DNA from: Macrostomum lignano
Lineage: Eukaryota
Reading direction: 5' to 3'
Assembly (NCBI GenBank): GCA_002269645.1
Contig: NIVC01001489.1
Location: 159,801 to 223,800, forward strand
Length of the DNA stretch: 64,000 nt
The notes under the pieces were generated by a model, which was given only the letters and a program-made list of their open reading frames with translations, was not told the DNA's origin and searched no databases. The translations under genes and the position numbers were made by a program. Positions 1-12,734 of the stretch are shown here, piece after piece; position 1 is the first letter of the stretch; each line of letters opens with the position of its first letter.

Positions 1-575
1 CGGTTGAGCCGTTTTTTAAAACCAATCACACAGATGCCGACTAATGATGTTTAGTATAGTCGATTACATGAGGTACAAAAGTATTATAGAACGGCTTTTT
101 TGCACCTGGAATTCAAACGCTCAGTCGAAGCTGAAAAATTTAAAGCATGAAACATAAGCAACTTAAATCAGTTGGTAGAAGAGAAGAAACAACAGTCATG
201 TCATGAAGCTTCTGAAAATGGAGGCTAGTTATTCGTTTTTTTAGAAAAAAATCTTGCATATTTATGGGAAGTGGGAGAAGTTATTCTAACAAGGAATTTC
301 GTGTAATGAATAGCGAGGAAGGTCGAAGGTGCGGCAATAGTGACGAACAACAGTGGCAAACCGAAAAGTATTTACAGCACTCAACTACGACAGGATCGGT
401 GACTAAAAAAGGGAGACAAAAGGGCGAGTCGGAGGCAGCCGCTGGCCTGAGCAGCCCCGCGCGGTATAAAAACCACTCAAAGGTTGGGTAGGGGCTGCTC
501 AAGCACCCACGGACAGAGACAGCACTGAACAGAGGAGATGCTGCTCATAAAGAGATATACTGAATTAAATGCAGC

Positions 576-1850
<1,275 letters not shown>

Positions 1851-2076
1851 AAATGCAGCTGCGCAGAGCCATCAGGCCAACCTGGGGCCTCTCGCCAAGA
1901 ACGGTCCGTTGGATTTATACCGGCATCATCCGGCCCAGCATCACGAACGTGAGTCTCATCTGGTCTAGCGTGCTGGAGCAGAAGACTGCCCGTGAGCTTC
2001 TTTATCAGCTACTTTTACCTTGGAATTGCGATAGGGGCCTTGCGGCCTATTCGCGGCGCCTGCGCCCCCCGTCAGT

Positions 2077-2114
<38 letters not shown>

Positions 2115-3279
2115 CTGCATTTAATTCAGTATATCTCTTTATGAGCAGCATCTCCTCTGTTCAGTGCTGTCTCTGTCCGTAGGTGCTTGAGCAGCCCCTA
2201 CCAACCTTTGAGTGGTTTTTATACCGCGCGGGGCTGCTCAGGCCAGCGGCTGCCTCCGACTCGCCCTTTTGTCTCCCTTTTTTAGTCACCGATCCTGTCG
2301 TAGTTGAGTGCTGTAAATACTTTTCGGTTTGCCACTGTTGTTCGTCACTATTGCCGCACCTTCGACCTTCCTCGCTATTCATTACACGAAATTCCTTGTT
2401 AGAATAACTTCTCCCACTTCCCATAAATATGCAAGATTTTTTTCTAAAAAAACGAATAACTAGCCTCCATTTTCAGAAGCTTCATGACATGACTGTTGTT
2501 TCTTCTCTTCTACCAACTGATTTAAGTTGCTTATGTTTCATGCTTTAAATTTTTCAGCTTCGACTGAGCGTTTGAATTCCAGGTGCAAAAAAGCCGTTCT
2601 ATAATACTTTTGTACCTCATGTAATCGACTATACTAAACATCATTAGTCGGCATCTGTGTGATTGGTTTTAAAAAACGGCTCAACCGATTTTTTGGAAAT
2701 GCTGTGGCCCAAGGCGATCATGGGCAATTTGGTTAGAGTTAGGGTTAAGGGTTCAACTATAAAAGAATCGCCCTGTCAACCATAAAAGAGTCATGGGGGA
2801 ATTGCTGAGATGTCAATTGGCTCATGGGGAGGGTTGCAGAAATGCTGTGGCTCATGGAGGTTGCTGGGATGCTTTGAGCCAAAGCTCGCGGGGGGTGCTG
2901 ATTTCTTGGTTAGATAGCTGTCTTTCAGTGCTGATGCTTTTTTGCTTTGAACAGTATTTTACCAAAGAGACTAACAGTAGTGGCTGCACAAGGTCCTGCA
3001 AGCTTACGTGTTGTTTATTTAAAAATTATTGTTTTACAAGAAAAAGAACGAACGAGCGGTCTGCTTATCTCTTGGCTAAAGAAGATGCCGCGCAGTCAAT
3101 ATTGTATTTCGACTGCGGAAACTGGAGCAGAGTTCGAGCTTCATCACTTTGGCACTGAAGAAGATCAGCTGCATTCTTGTTCTAGCAAAGAACTACTTAA
3201 CAGTAGGAATACCAAGCCATTTTTCCGCCCGTCGAACTGCCAAGAGGGGGGGGGGAAATTTCCCCCCCCTGACAATTTT

Positions 3280-5248
3280 TTTGCTGCGCCGGAACGGAGC
3301 AACGCAACAAAATTCAAGAACACGGGCTAACTTTTTGTTGCGCGCCAGTGTATTCAGTACACCCCTGTGCGCCAAATAGCACTGCGCCTCAGTGCAGCCT
3401 TGCCAAGTCTCCAAATTTCATCAGCACGTCGACCAAATGTGTCTGCATCAGTTCTGACTTCGTTGGTTACTGGCCTTCACCGAGACGGAGCTTCTAGACC
3501 TTCAACAGGTGGCAACAGGTGACTATGAACACCTTGATGCGAATTTCTCTAGTTTCACCGATCAAGCCTTGACAGTAGGCAAGCCTCAACTGCCAGACAC
3601 CCTCAGCTAGTCTCCTGAGCATTCCTTCATCATCCCGACACCGTCGGCACCTTCAACAGGTGGCATCAGGTTACTATGGACGTCCTGTTGCAAATATGTC
3701 AGGTCTTTCTTACCAAGCTTCAATAATGGGCAAACCTCAACCGACGGACATTGTCAGCTAGTCTCTCAAGCATTCCGTCATCATCCCGATGACGTCGGCA
3801 CCTTCAACAAATGACACCAGATGACTATGGACAACCTGATGCTGATTTCTCTAGTTTCGCCGATCAAGCCTCGACAGTGGGCAAAAATCAACTGCTGGAA
3901 ATTCTCAGCTAGTCTCTCAAGCCTTCCGTCATCATCCCGACGCCGTCGGCTCCTTCAACAGATTACACCAGGGGACTATGGACAGCCTGATAAGAATTTC
4001 TCTAGTTTCGCCGATCAAGCCTCGATAGTGGGCAAAAATCAACTGCTGGACATCCTCAGCTAGTCAGTCAAGCATTCAGCCATCACCCCGACGCCGTCGG
4101 CACCTTCAACAGGTGGCACCAGGGGAGTAAGGACACCTGAGCGTGATTTTTCATCATGCTCTTAACATTTCTGAATCATTAAAAAATGAAAAAACGGATT
4201 GAATTTACTGGCTTCTGTAGGGCGTAGGCCGTGCGCTGCACTCTCTGCCCCACATTATTATTCATGACTCATTCTCTCGCCTAAACTTGTTTACCAATTC
4301 TCGACCAATCGCGCATCGCTGCACCCCACCCCACAATATTGACTAATAAATATATTGAGTAAACAGAGCCATACAGAGGCCACCTTTTCGGCACGCAAAC
4401 CCTGACTTCACAGCTTCTTAGAAGCATAACCCTTTCTGCATAAAAATTCGGTTCAATATTATAGTTGAATAAACTAAACAGCTTTTCGAATAAAATATGT
4501 ATGTAGCTCGTATGCATAAAAGTATGTGTAATAATAATATAAATATACAGCAACATGAGTTCAAGCTTAACTATAGCAATGTCCGTGCTTTAAAAATTTT
4601 GAGAGCTTCAGAAATGTTAAGAGCATGATGAAAAATCACGCTCAGGTGTCCTTACTCCCCTGGTGCCACCTGTTGAAGGTGCCGACGGCGTCGGGGTGAT
4701 GGCTGAATGCTTGACTGACTAGCTGAGGATGTCCAGCAGTTGAGGTTTGCTCATTATTGAAGCTTGATAAAAAAAACCTGACATATTTGCAACAGGCTGT
4801 CCATAGTCACCTGGTGTAATCTGTTGAAGGAGCCGATGGCGTCGGGATGATGACGGAAGGCTTGAGAGACTAGCTGAGAATGTCCAGCAGTTGATTTTTG
4901 CCCACTGTCGAGGCTTGATCGGCGAAACTAGAGAAATTCGCATCAGGGTGTCCATAGTCACTTGGTGTCATCTGTTGAAGGAGCCGACGGCGTCGGGATG
5001 ATGACGGAATGCTCGAGAGACTAGCTGACAATGTCCGTCGGTTGAGGTTTGCCCATTATTGAAGCTTGGTAAGAAAGACCTGACATAGTTGCAACAGGAC
5101 GTCCATAGTCACCTGATGCCACCTGTTGAAGGTACCGACGGTGTCGGGATGATGAAGGAATGCTCAGGAGACTAGCTGGGGGTGTCTGGCAGTTGAGGCT
5201 TGCCTACTGTCGAGGCTTGATCGGTGAAACTAGAGAAATTCGCATCAA
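3280..5248. mobile_element. Foldback-like element: long imperfect inverted arms (~3534-4175 and 4606-5248) built of ~150-bp subrepeats around an AT-rich spacer
   Basis: The unit marker (c/g)accttcaac recurs at ~3498, 3649, 3799, 3950 and 4101. 4606-5248 is the reverse complement of the left array. No coding capacity was recognised. Confidence 0.75.
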
Positions 5249-5852
5249 GAAAAGAAAAATGATAAACATATTGTAAATAATCCTTGCTTGCATTACGCTC
5301 GAAGCTGTACATCATCAACTTGTCGAAACGGCTTTCTTGGTAAAGAGAATTGTTGCAACATCATGATTAAAATCTGAATACCTTCAAAAGATTATGTTTA
5401 GTATTCGCCGAAAACATACTCTTGAATCTTCAATTCAGGAATAAATGAGATGTAATATTCGAGGGCAAAAGACAGCCAAAATTTCTTTCATGTTTTACAT
5501 CCTGCGAAAAATGAATTGAATGGAATCTGAAATAGAAAAATTAAATATCGATGAGCACTTTTAGTCACGAATTTGCTGATTAGAGTTTTTTGGAAGCTTA
5601 CTTGAAGTAGTTAGCTCAATGTTCATAGCAATAAATTAAAAACTGTAATATCAATTAAATGATAGAGTTCCAACGGCTTGAGAGTTCAGAGATACCTCGG
5701 CAGCGGCCGCTCGGGCCAGGCCTGATGCGAGGGCAAGGTGTACCCAGGCGGAGTGTACCCAGGCGGGGTGCACCCAGGCGGGGTGTACCCAGTCATTCAG
5801 AAAATTTTCCGATTGAATTCTTTTTGACTGGTAGAGATTAATAAACACCCTC

Positions 5853-6060
5853 TACCAGGTCGCTCCTTATTGCTTGGCATGGATAGAGAAGCCACCCACC
5901 TCACTCTAATCACTTCTCATAGGCTAATATGAATAGAGAAGCCACTTGCCTCACCCCAGTCGCTTCTTATTGGCTTTACTAAATAGAGAAGTCACCCAAC
6001 TCACTCCAGTCACTTTTCATTGGCTGAGATGAATAGAGAAGCCACCCACCTCACTCCAGA
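5853..6060 (+). repeat. ~50-bp tandem repeat (agagaagccacccacctcactccagtcgcttctcattggctgag...)
   Basis: About 4 diverged units. The same family occurs at 35197-35470. Confidence 0.8.
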
Positions 6061-6544
6061 CGAATAGGAATCCTTCAGTGCCCAGGACTTTGACGGCGGC
6101 AAAACCCTCGGTTTAGCCTGGCTAAGGGCTACCTGCAATAAGTTAATCTCGTGCGGATTGGTTGATGTGAGTACAGGCTCGTAACCGTTGCTTTCTTCTT
6201 ACCTGGTTGAGAGTTACAAACCAATTCACTGAAGACAAGTTTGCATGAACCCGGAGGAGATCTCCACCGCTCTGGTTCTGACCCACGAGATCGGGCACAA
6301 CCTCGGCTTCGAGCACATGCAGGACTTCACTGCGTGCCAGTGCAATCGGTCGTCAACTGGCTGCATAATGAACTCTTATCTCGCGTCCGAAACGCGGTGA
6401 GTGTGGAAATTTAACAGTTTACAGAAATTTGAACAGCTGTGAGCTGGTATCGGTTTTACAATCGATTTCCCATGCTCCACTGCTGCACGGAAGCTCTGGG
6501 CTGGTCATCCTGCACCTTGGACACCTGGAGCTCGCAAGCCAGCG

Positions 6545-6762
6545 AGACAGACCGACACAAACAGACACAGACAGACACAGACAGACACACAGAGACACAG
6601 ACAGACACAGACAGACACACAGAGACACAGACAGACACAGACAGACACACAGAGACACAAACAGACACAGACAGACACAGACAGACACACAGAGACACAG
6701 ACAGACACAGACGCAGGCAGACACAGGCAGACACAGACAGACACAGACAGACACACAGACAG
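6545..6762. repeat. Compound (AGAC/ACAG/AC)n microsatellite
   Basis: Visible directly; it explains the spurious VCLC/TQTD ORFs. Confidence 0.95.
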
Positions 6763-6869
6763 TGAATGCTTCACGAGGCTGAACGTCGAAAGCGAGTTCT
6801 TAAAATATTTTTTTACATCAATGAACTGGTTCTGATTTCGTAATTTCTATAACTGAATCTGTTTTCTCA

Positions 6870-7083
6870 CTGTGAGGCGCACGCCAGGTAGGAAAAGGTT
6901 GGCGTAGTTGAATCCGAGACTGATAAGTTCGTAAGCCGCATGTGGCAGTGGCCGTAGAGGTACTCGCTTCTGACGTTTAGCCTGGTGAAGCATTCGCTGT
7001 CTGCGCTTCTGGCTGCGGAAGAGAACAGCCGCTGGCACTGGGCGGTTGAGGACCTGCACTGTCCTTTGTAGCAGAAGGCCTGG
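6870..7083 (-). pseudogene. Inverted ADAM cysteine-rich exon
   Basis: [46 protein letters not shown] is paralogous to exon 21748-21959 ([19 protein letters not shown]). It is preceded by a minus-strand ctccag acceptor. Confidence 0.88.
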
Positions 7084-8179
7084 AGAACAGCGAGCGGTCG
7101 GAAAAGGTTAGTATAATGTTGTAGGCCCAATTTAAATTCTCGCGTCACTATGGAAACATAACTCGGAAAATAATTTTTGTTTAAATGAATCTGGTCCCCC
7201 ACCCCAATCTTATTATAAATACACGGGAGTTTTGCGCCCAGAGAGGGAACCGAGTTCCGACCGAGACTTTTCAGTTATATCTTTGGTTCATAGGCGAATT
7301 GCCTATAAAATTGAAGAAGTGTTCCAAGCCTTCCTTCATTTGCTAGAAAAGCTAAGAGCGAATGCTCATTGGACAGAAAGTAGAAATTACCAAGAGCAAG
7401 AGACGAATAGTCTAAAAGCCAATTGCGTACTTGCAAAGAGCAGAGGCGTAGCCAGCCAATAGAAAGGGGAGATATATCCCAATAGAAATATTCGAACTGA
7501 ACAACCAATGGGAAGTCGTATATGACAAGAGCAAATCCGTAAGAGGAAATTGAAACTCACCGGGCAACCTCGATCCATTGGAGGACGCTGCTTTAGGACT
7601 TAGTCATCCCCCCTCTCTCCCTAGCTAAACAGTGTCTTGCCGCTCGGGCACTGCGCGCTACCAGGGCAATCCGTGCTTACGTGAAAGCCCATAATCTTAA
7701 CTCCGTGACACCGTATTTTAATAGTCCACAACGAACCTAATAGCTAAATTTATGAAATTCTAGAATTATAGCAAATTTTATCCTAATACAACATGGTGAT
7801 TGCGGTAAAATTTAGAGAATAATAATGGTCCCCTACAACAACTTGGTGACAGCTGTAGAATTGTGAATAGGCAGAGGAATTCCCCTACAACAACTTGGTG
7901 GCACAGCGAGATAAAATACAATAATAGTAAAGAGGCCTACAACAATAATGCTTTTGTTACTAGTACGTACCTCACTTTTGAAGGTGATGTGAGTTACAAA
8001 ATTATTAATGTAAAAAAATATTACATCAATAGAAATTACGAAATCAGGACCAGTTTATTTAATGTAAAAAAATATTTTTAGTATGGAGCTTTTAGTAAGT
8101 CAGTTGGCTTACTAAGAGAGTATTTATCTTCAAATTAATTTTCGAGTACAGAAGATCTATTATGAGAACTAAAATAGGG

Positions 8180-9260
8180 TTCTTTGCTGCGCAGGAACGG
8201 AACAAAGCAGGCACAGGAAATTCAAGAACATGGGATCATATTTTGTTGCGCATTTCGACCACATGTTTCGGCATCAGCTCCGACTTCGCTGGTCACTGAC
8301 CTTCACCCAGGCGGAGCTTCTGGACCTTCAACAGATGGTACCAGGTGACTATGGATACCCTGTTGCGAAATAACTTTAAAAAATGGCAACCTCAACTGCT
8401 GGACATCCTCAGCCAGTCTCTCAAGTACGAGTAGTCTGTAGTCATCCAGACGCCGTTGGCTTCTTTAAAGGGTGACAAAAAAGTGATCAAGGACGCCAAA
8501 TTTCATTTCTGAAGCTCGTAAAACTTAATTCTGCGCATAAAGGTGGCTTTAATTAAGTTTAACCTTTCATTACTGTATTTTAATATTATAAATTCTTTTA
8601 AAGATATTGCTACTCACTGGCTATAAATATTTTATTTGGTAACTTTTTTAGTTTATGAAAGTATAAACTGAAATGCCTTTATGCAGAAATGGCCTTGCCT
8701 TTAGAGATTAACAAAATATTGAATTCAGTGCCCCACAAACGAAACCTCAGAAAACGTAAAAACTGCTAATACAATCAAAATCAAAATAAAATTAGTGCGA
8801 AGGTATGACAGCTGCTACTGTACACTCGACAGAAGCTATTACTTACATGTGGACGAAATTGTTTCTGATCGTAATAAATTCTTTCTCGATTTCATGTGCC
8901 GCCTGCGTATCAACTTTTTAAAATCTGCTCAGGTGTCCATAGTCCCCCGATGCCACCCGATGAAGGTGTCGACGGCGTCGAGGTAATAACGGAATGCTTG
9001 CGAGACTAGCTGAGAATGTCCAGCAGTTGAGGTTTGCCCACCGTCGATCCTTGATCAGCGAAACTAGAGACATTTGCAATAAAGTGTACACAGTCCCCTG
9101 ATACCACCTATTGAATGTCTGGAAGCTCCACCTGGATTAAGGCCAGTGACCAACGAAGTCAGAGCTGATGCAGACACATGTGGTCGACGTACTGATGAAA
9201 TTTGGAGGCTTGACAAGGCTGCAGTGAGGCACAGTGCTGATTTGCACACAGGGGGGGGGG
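8180..9260. mobile_element. Second, shorter foldback-family copy (+ arm ~8180-8520, - arm ~8925-9260)
   Basis: Both arms align by eye with 3280-3700 and the 150-bp subrepeat, in opposite orientations around an AT-rich spacer. Confidence 0.65.
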
Positions 9261-9618
9261 CATTGAATACTCTTCTAGGAAAAGCCGACGTACGTTCGTA
9301 CAAGATAAAACCAGCCAAGTTATTTTTTGAACCCAAAACCAACCTGTAGATGTGCGTGAATTCGACCTGCACGCCGTTAAGCACCGTGCGCGCCTGCAAG
9401 TCCTGTCCTGACTGCGGTGCCAACGGGGTGCTCACTACAGGCAGCGTCTGCTTCTGCAATCCGGGCTTCGCTCCGCCAAACTGCTTCACTGTAGGCTGCG
9501 GCGGCTCCGTTACGTCACGACTGACATGCAGCTTCAGTATACCGATGCAGCTTCAAACGCAATACCTTTGAAGATCAAACGGGTGCATTTTAATTTCCTA
9601 GTTTGATTTATAGGACCT

Positions 9619-10212
9619 GTGGGCACTACAGCGACACCGACTTGTGAATGGACAACTGCCACCACTGGCACAACAACCACCACTGGCACAACTGCCAAGA
9701 CAGATGCGACTGCCACCACTGGCACAACTGCCACCACTGGCACAACCGCCAAGACAGATGCGACTGCCACCACTGGCACAACTGCCACCACTGGCACAAC
9801 CGCCAAGACAGATGCGACTGCCACCACTGGCACAACTACCACCACTGGCACAACCGCCAAGACAGATGCGACTGCCACCACTGGCACAACTGCCAAGACA
9901 GATGCGACTGCCACCACTGGAACAACCGCCACCACTGGCACAACCGCCAAGACAGATGCGACTGCCACCACTGGCACAACCGCCAAGACAGATGCGACTG
10001 CCACCACTGGCACAACTGCCACCACTGGCACAACCGCCAAGACAGATGCGACTGCCACCACTGGAACAACTACCACCACTGGCACAACTACCACCACTGG
10101 CACAACTGCCACCACTGGAACAACTACCACCACTGGCACAACTACCACCACTGGCACAACTGCCACCACTGACACAACTGCCACCACTGGCACAACTGCC
10201 ACCACTGACACA
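9619..10212 (+). repeat. Coding minisatellite (18-bp ACAACTGCCACCACTGGC units mixed with AAGACAGATGCG-containing units) encoding a Thr-rich stalk
   Basis: ORF 9619..10344 consists of TTATTG/TTAKTDA repeats. Confidence 0.9.
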
Positions 10213-11625
10213 ACATTTGTTTTGCAAAGATTCACACTCAATCCCGATGGTGGAGTGAACTGTGGCAATCAGTTAAGCGCAGCCATCAGCTCAATTATTT
10301 TCATGACATTGTCGACACTGACAACCATGATGAAGCTTCACTGAGCGAGTAGTTCTGGAATTGAAATCAATATTTCACTGAACACAATGCAAATCTGACA
10401 GTTAGAATCGAATATTTAAGCAGATTTAAATGCCATTTATATTTTTGTACCGGATTATTTAAAAAACAATTTTTGCAACTGGCCGGAAATTTTGCTGGAG
10501 GCTTTCGTTGCAAAATGCATTGGTGAGACAAAAAAATTTCAGTTTTTAGGACTAAATTTCCAATGTGTCACCCTCTGGACTTCCCCTAGCAGAAGCGTCT
10601 TTGTGCTTCAGTTGTCTATGCTGCTCTACTGCATACCGAATTGCAGACAGATTAAATATGCAGAGCCTCTAACGAGTTTTCCAAAAACAAATCGATGAAG
10701 TAAAACTGGGTATGCGACAGTGTGGTTCGTAGAAGGCATGTATCATATAGCTCGTATCGTATTTCCTTATTTCGCACGCATACCGTACTACTTGTAATCC
10801 TTCATTCATTTCAACAATATTCTATACGTATTAATATTGCGCTTATGTTACTTTTGTATCTGTAGTTATTGGTCGCCTCGCATGTATTTATTCTATTATT
10901 TTTATTTCATGCATATCGTGTTACTTCTCGTAAAGTAGTTCCTATTTATGTACATGTATTTAGTTTACAGTATTCTAGCACGAGTTTGTACAGTTCGCTT
11001 GGGGGGTTTGCCTGATTAGGCCTGTTTATCAATTGTTATCATGTTTACATGTACATTATACTCGTAAATATACGCTTGCAGTCAGCGGCCGCTTTCTCAC
11101 TTCTTCTCTGCTCGCGGGTCCTTAGCCGTCTGGCTTTTCCTCGCCCTCACAAGTTTACCCTTCCGCCGCCTACTTCGGCCCACCAATCAGCAGGGTCTCG
11201 ACCGGCCTTCGCAAGGCGCAACCAGAGCTCATTGGATTAAAGCCCATTAAAGTACCCACTTACAATTACGCTAGTGTGAATTCGGCTGCTGAGCTGGATC
11301 GTAGACTTAATCAAATTAGTTAATAAATTAACCGCTACACCAGAAAAGTCTTCCGCCGTAATCGTCACAGCTAAGAGGGACGCGTCTCGATAAATCAATC
11401 TGAAACTTTTAGGAAGCGATGACAAAAATATTAATGATGTTGAGACCTGACAAAGAATAACGAAATTGTAACAAACAGCATGTAATTTATTTGATCGCGG
11501 ATCGCGGACATTCGAGGAATAATTTATTGGTCCTCAAGATAAAGCCAATAATCCCAATTGTAATTGACTTAAGGGAACGCGAAATAGTTAGATCTTGGTG
11601 CTTATAGCAGTGTTTTTTTAGCAAT

Positions 11626-11833
11626 TGTTTAGCAATTTGACGATCATTATTCGCATTTTTTATGCAGAACAATACATTACTACAAACAATGCATTGTTTT
11701 TAGGACCGTCAAACAAAAAAAAAGGAAAGAATCAGCGGTCGCAGCACGTGACAACGATTAGTCTATGGCTCGCGCTTACCGGCGCTCGCCAGACAATCGT
11801 TGTCACGCACTGGGACCGCTGATTATTTATCCA
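11626..11833 (-). mobile_element. Non-autonomous internal-deletion derivative of the Crypton-like element at 28.66-29.86 kb
   Basis: The sequence equals 28657-28720 fused to ~29715-29860, with junction microhomology ctacaa. It keeps the gtgacaacgatt...aatcgttgtcac hairpin and the ttatccat end. Confidence 0.75.
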
Positions 11834-12734
11834 TGGTTGCTCGAGGGTTGCTGTAATAATTATTAAATGTAATTTTGAGTGACTGCTTTATTCTACTTAC
11901 CTTGTACTTACTCTCTCTCTCTCTCTCTCTCTCTCGGAAAAAATGAGTTAGTTTGCTATGTCATGGTGACCCATATTATAACGTCCATGACTGGCAAGAA
12001 TTTTAAGCACATTTTTTCGAAACTGGCTTATAAAATGTGTAAATATCTGCTTATATTATCAATCAAAACCTGCTTTGACAATAAGACACTAGTCACAGAG
12101 ATAGACTATAAATAGATGCCCTGACACCAGGGCACTCTAGTCACAAAAATAGGAATTCAAAATGTAGACAATCAATAGAATGTTGTAGGATTTTGCTTTG
12201 CTACTTACTGATGGAACTAGTAAGTAGAATGCCAGGACCTGTGCGTCAATAAATTTAGTTTCGGGTCCCTGCAGCGCGTCCTCCGCGCCCTATTTTGGGA
12301 AACACTGACTGGGTGCTAATGGATATTAAATATTGGCTAGGATGATTCCCTCGGTAAATACATACAGTGTAGTTTCTCATATTTGATCGGCTAAAACTGA
12401 TGAGAGGGACTCCAGGCCAGGTACTGCGAGATTTTCTCGATATACTGACTGTTTGGCAAGGCAATTAATCACGCAGAGGCAACGTTTCTGCTTGCGGGCG
12501 GCTCCCGTGCAAACAAAGCCGCTTAAGCTAACAGCTAATTGTGTGGCTTCTCTGAACTCCTCGGCTGGCCAATTATTGCATTGGACAGCTGGTTGTCGGC
12601 TGGTAGATGCGGCATCCTGCATTTATTGACAGGCGGCAATGCAGATAAAAGTGAGAAAAGTGAATTTTGCGAATTCGGCCTGAGCCCATAATCTAAGGCA
12701 GCTCTGATCGCACGCAGCCCAGTCTGCAAGCAAA

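Larger units (their letters stand above)
6079..10344 (+). pseudogene. Rearranged, probably non-functional ADAM-like paralog (metalloprotease exons, EGF-like exon, Thr-rich stalk, hydrophobic C-terminus)
   Basis: Exon 6079-6166 (AQDFDGGKTLGLAWLRATCNKLISCGLVD) and ~6245-6398 (HEIGHNLGFEH, GCIMNS) match the 17-25 kb gene. The exon at ~6486 lacks its AG acceptor and breaks into a microsatellite. The Cys-rich exon is inverted (~6870-7083). The EGF-like exon starts at 9350. The last exon, 9614-10344, is TTATTG/TTAKTDA repeats ending SAAISSIIFMTLSTLTTMMKLH. No disintegrin or 5' exons were found. Confidence 0.75.

Noticed and set aside
2793-3330. Cys-containing ORFs of 121-127 aa
   Set aside because: No recognisable domain, signal peptide or consistent splice structure.
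7230-7730. Possible C-terminal remnant of an R2/NeSL-type (RLE) retrotransposon
   Set aside because: There are only vague motif echoes across several broken frames; this cannot be supported without a profile search.
9534-10268. Alternative-frame ORFs (Val-rich, Cys/Gly-rich, His/Trp-rich, Pro/Gln-rich)
   Set aside because: These are shadows of the Thr-rich repeat. Only the Thr frame has a matching acceptor and a C-terminus analogous to the paralog.
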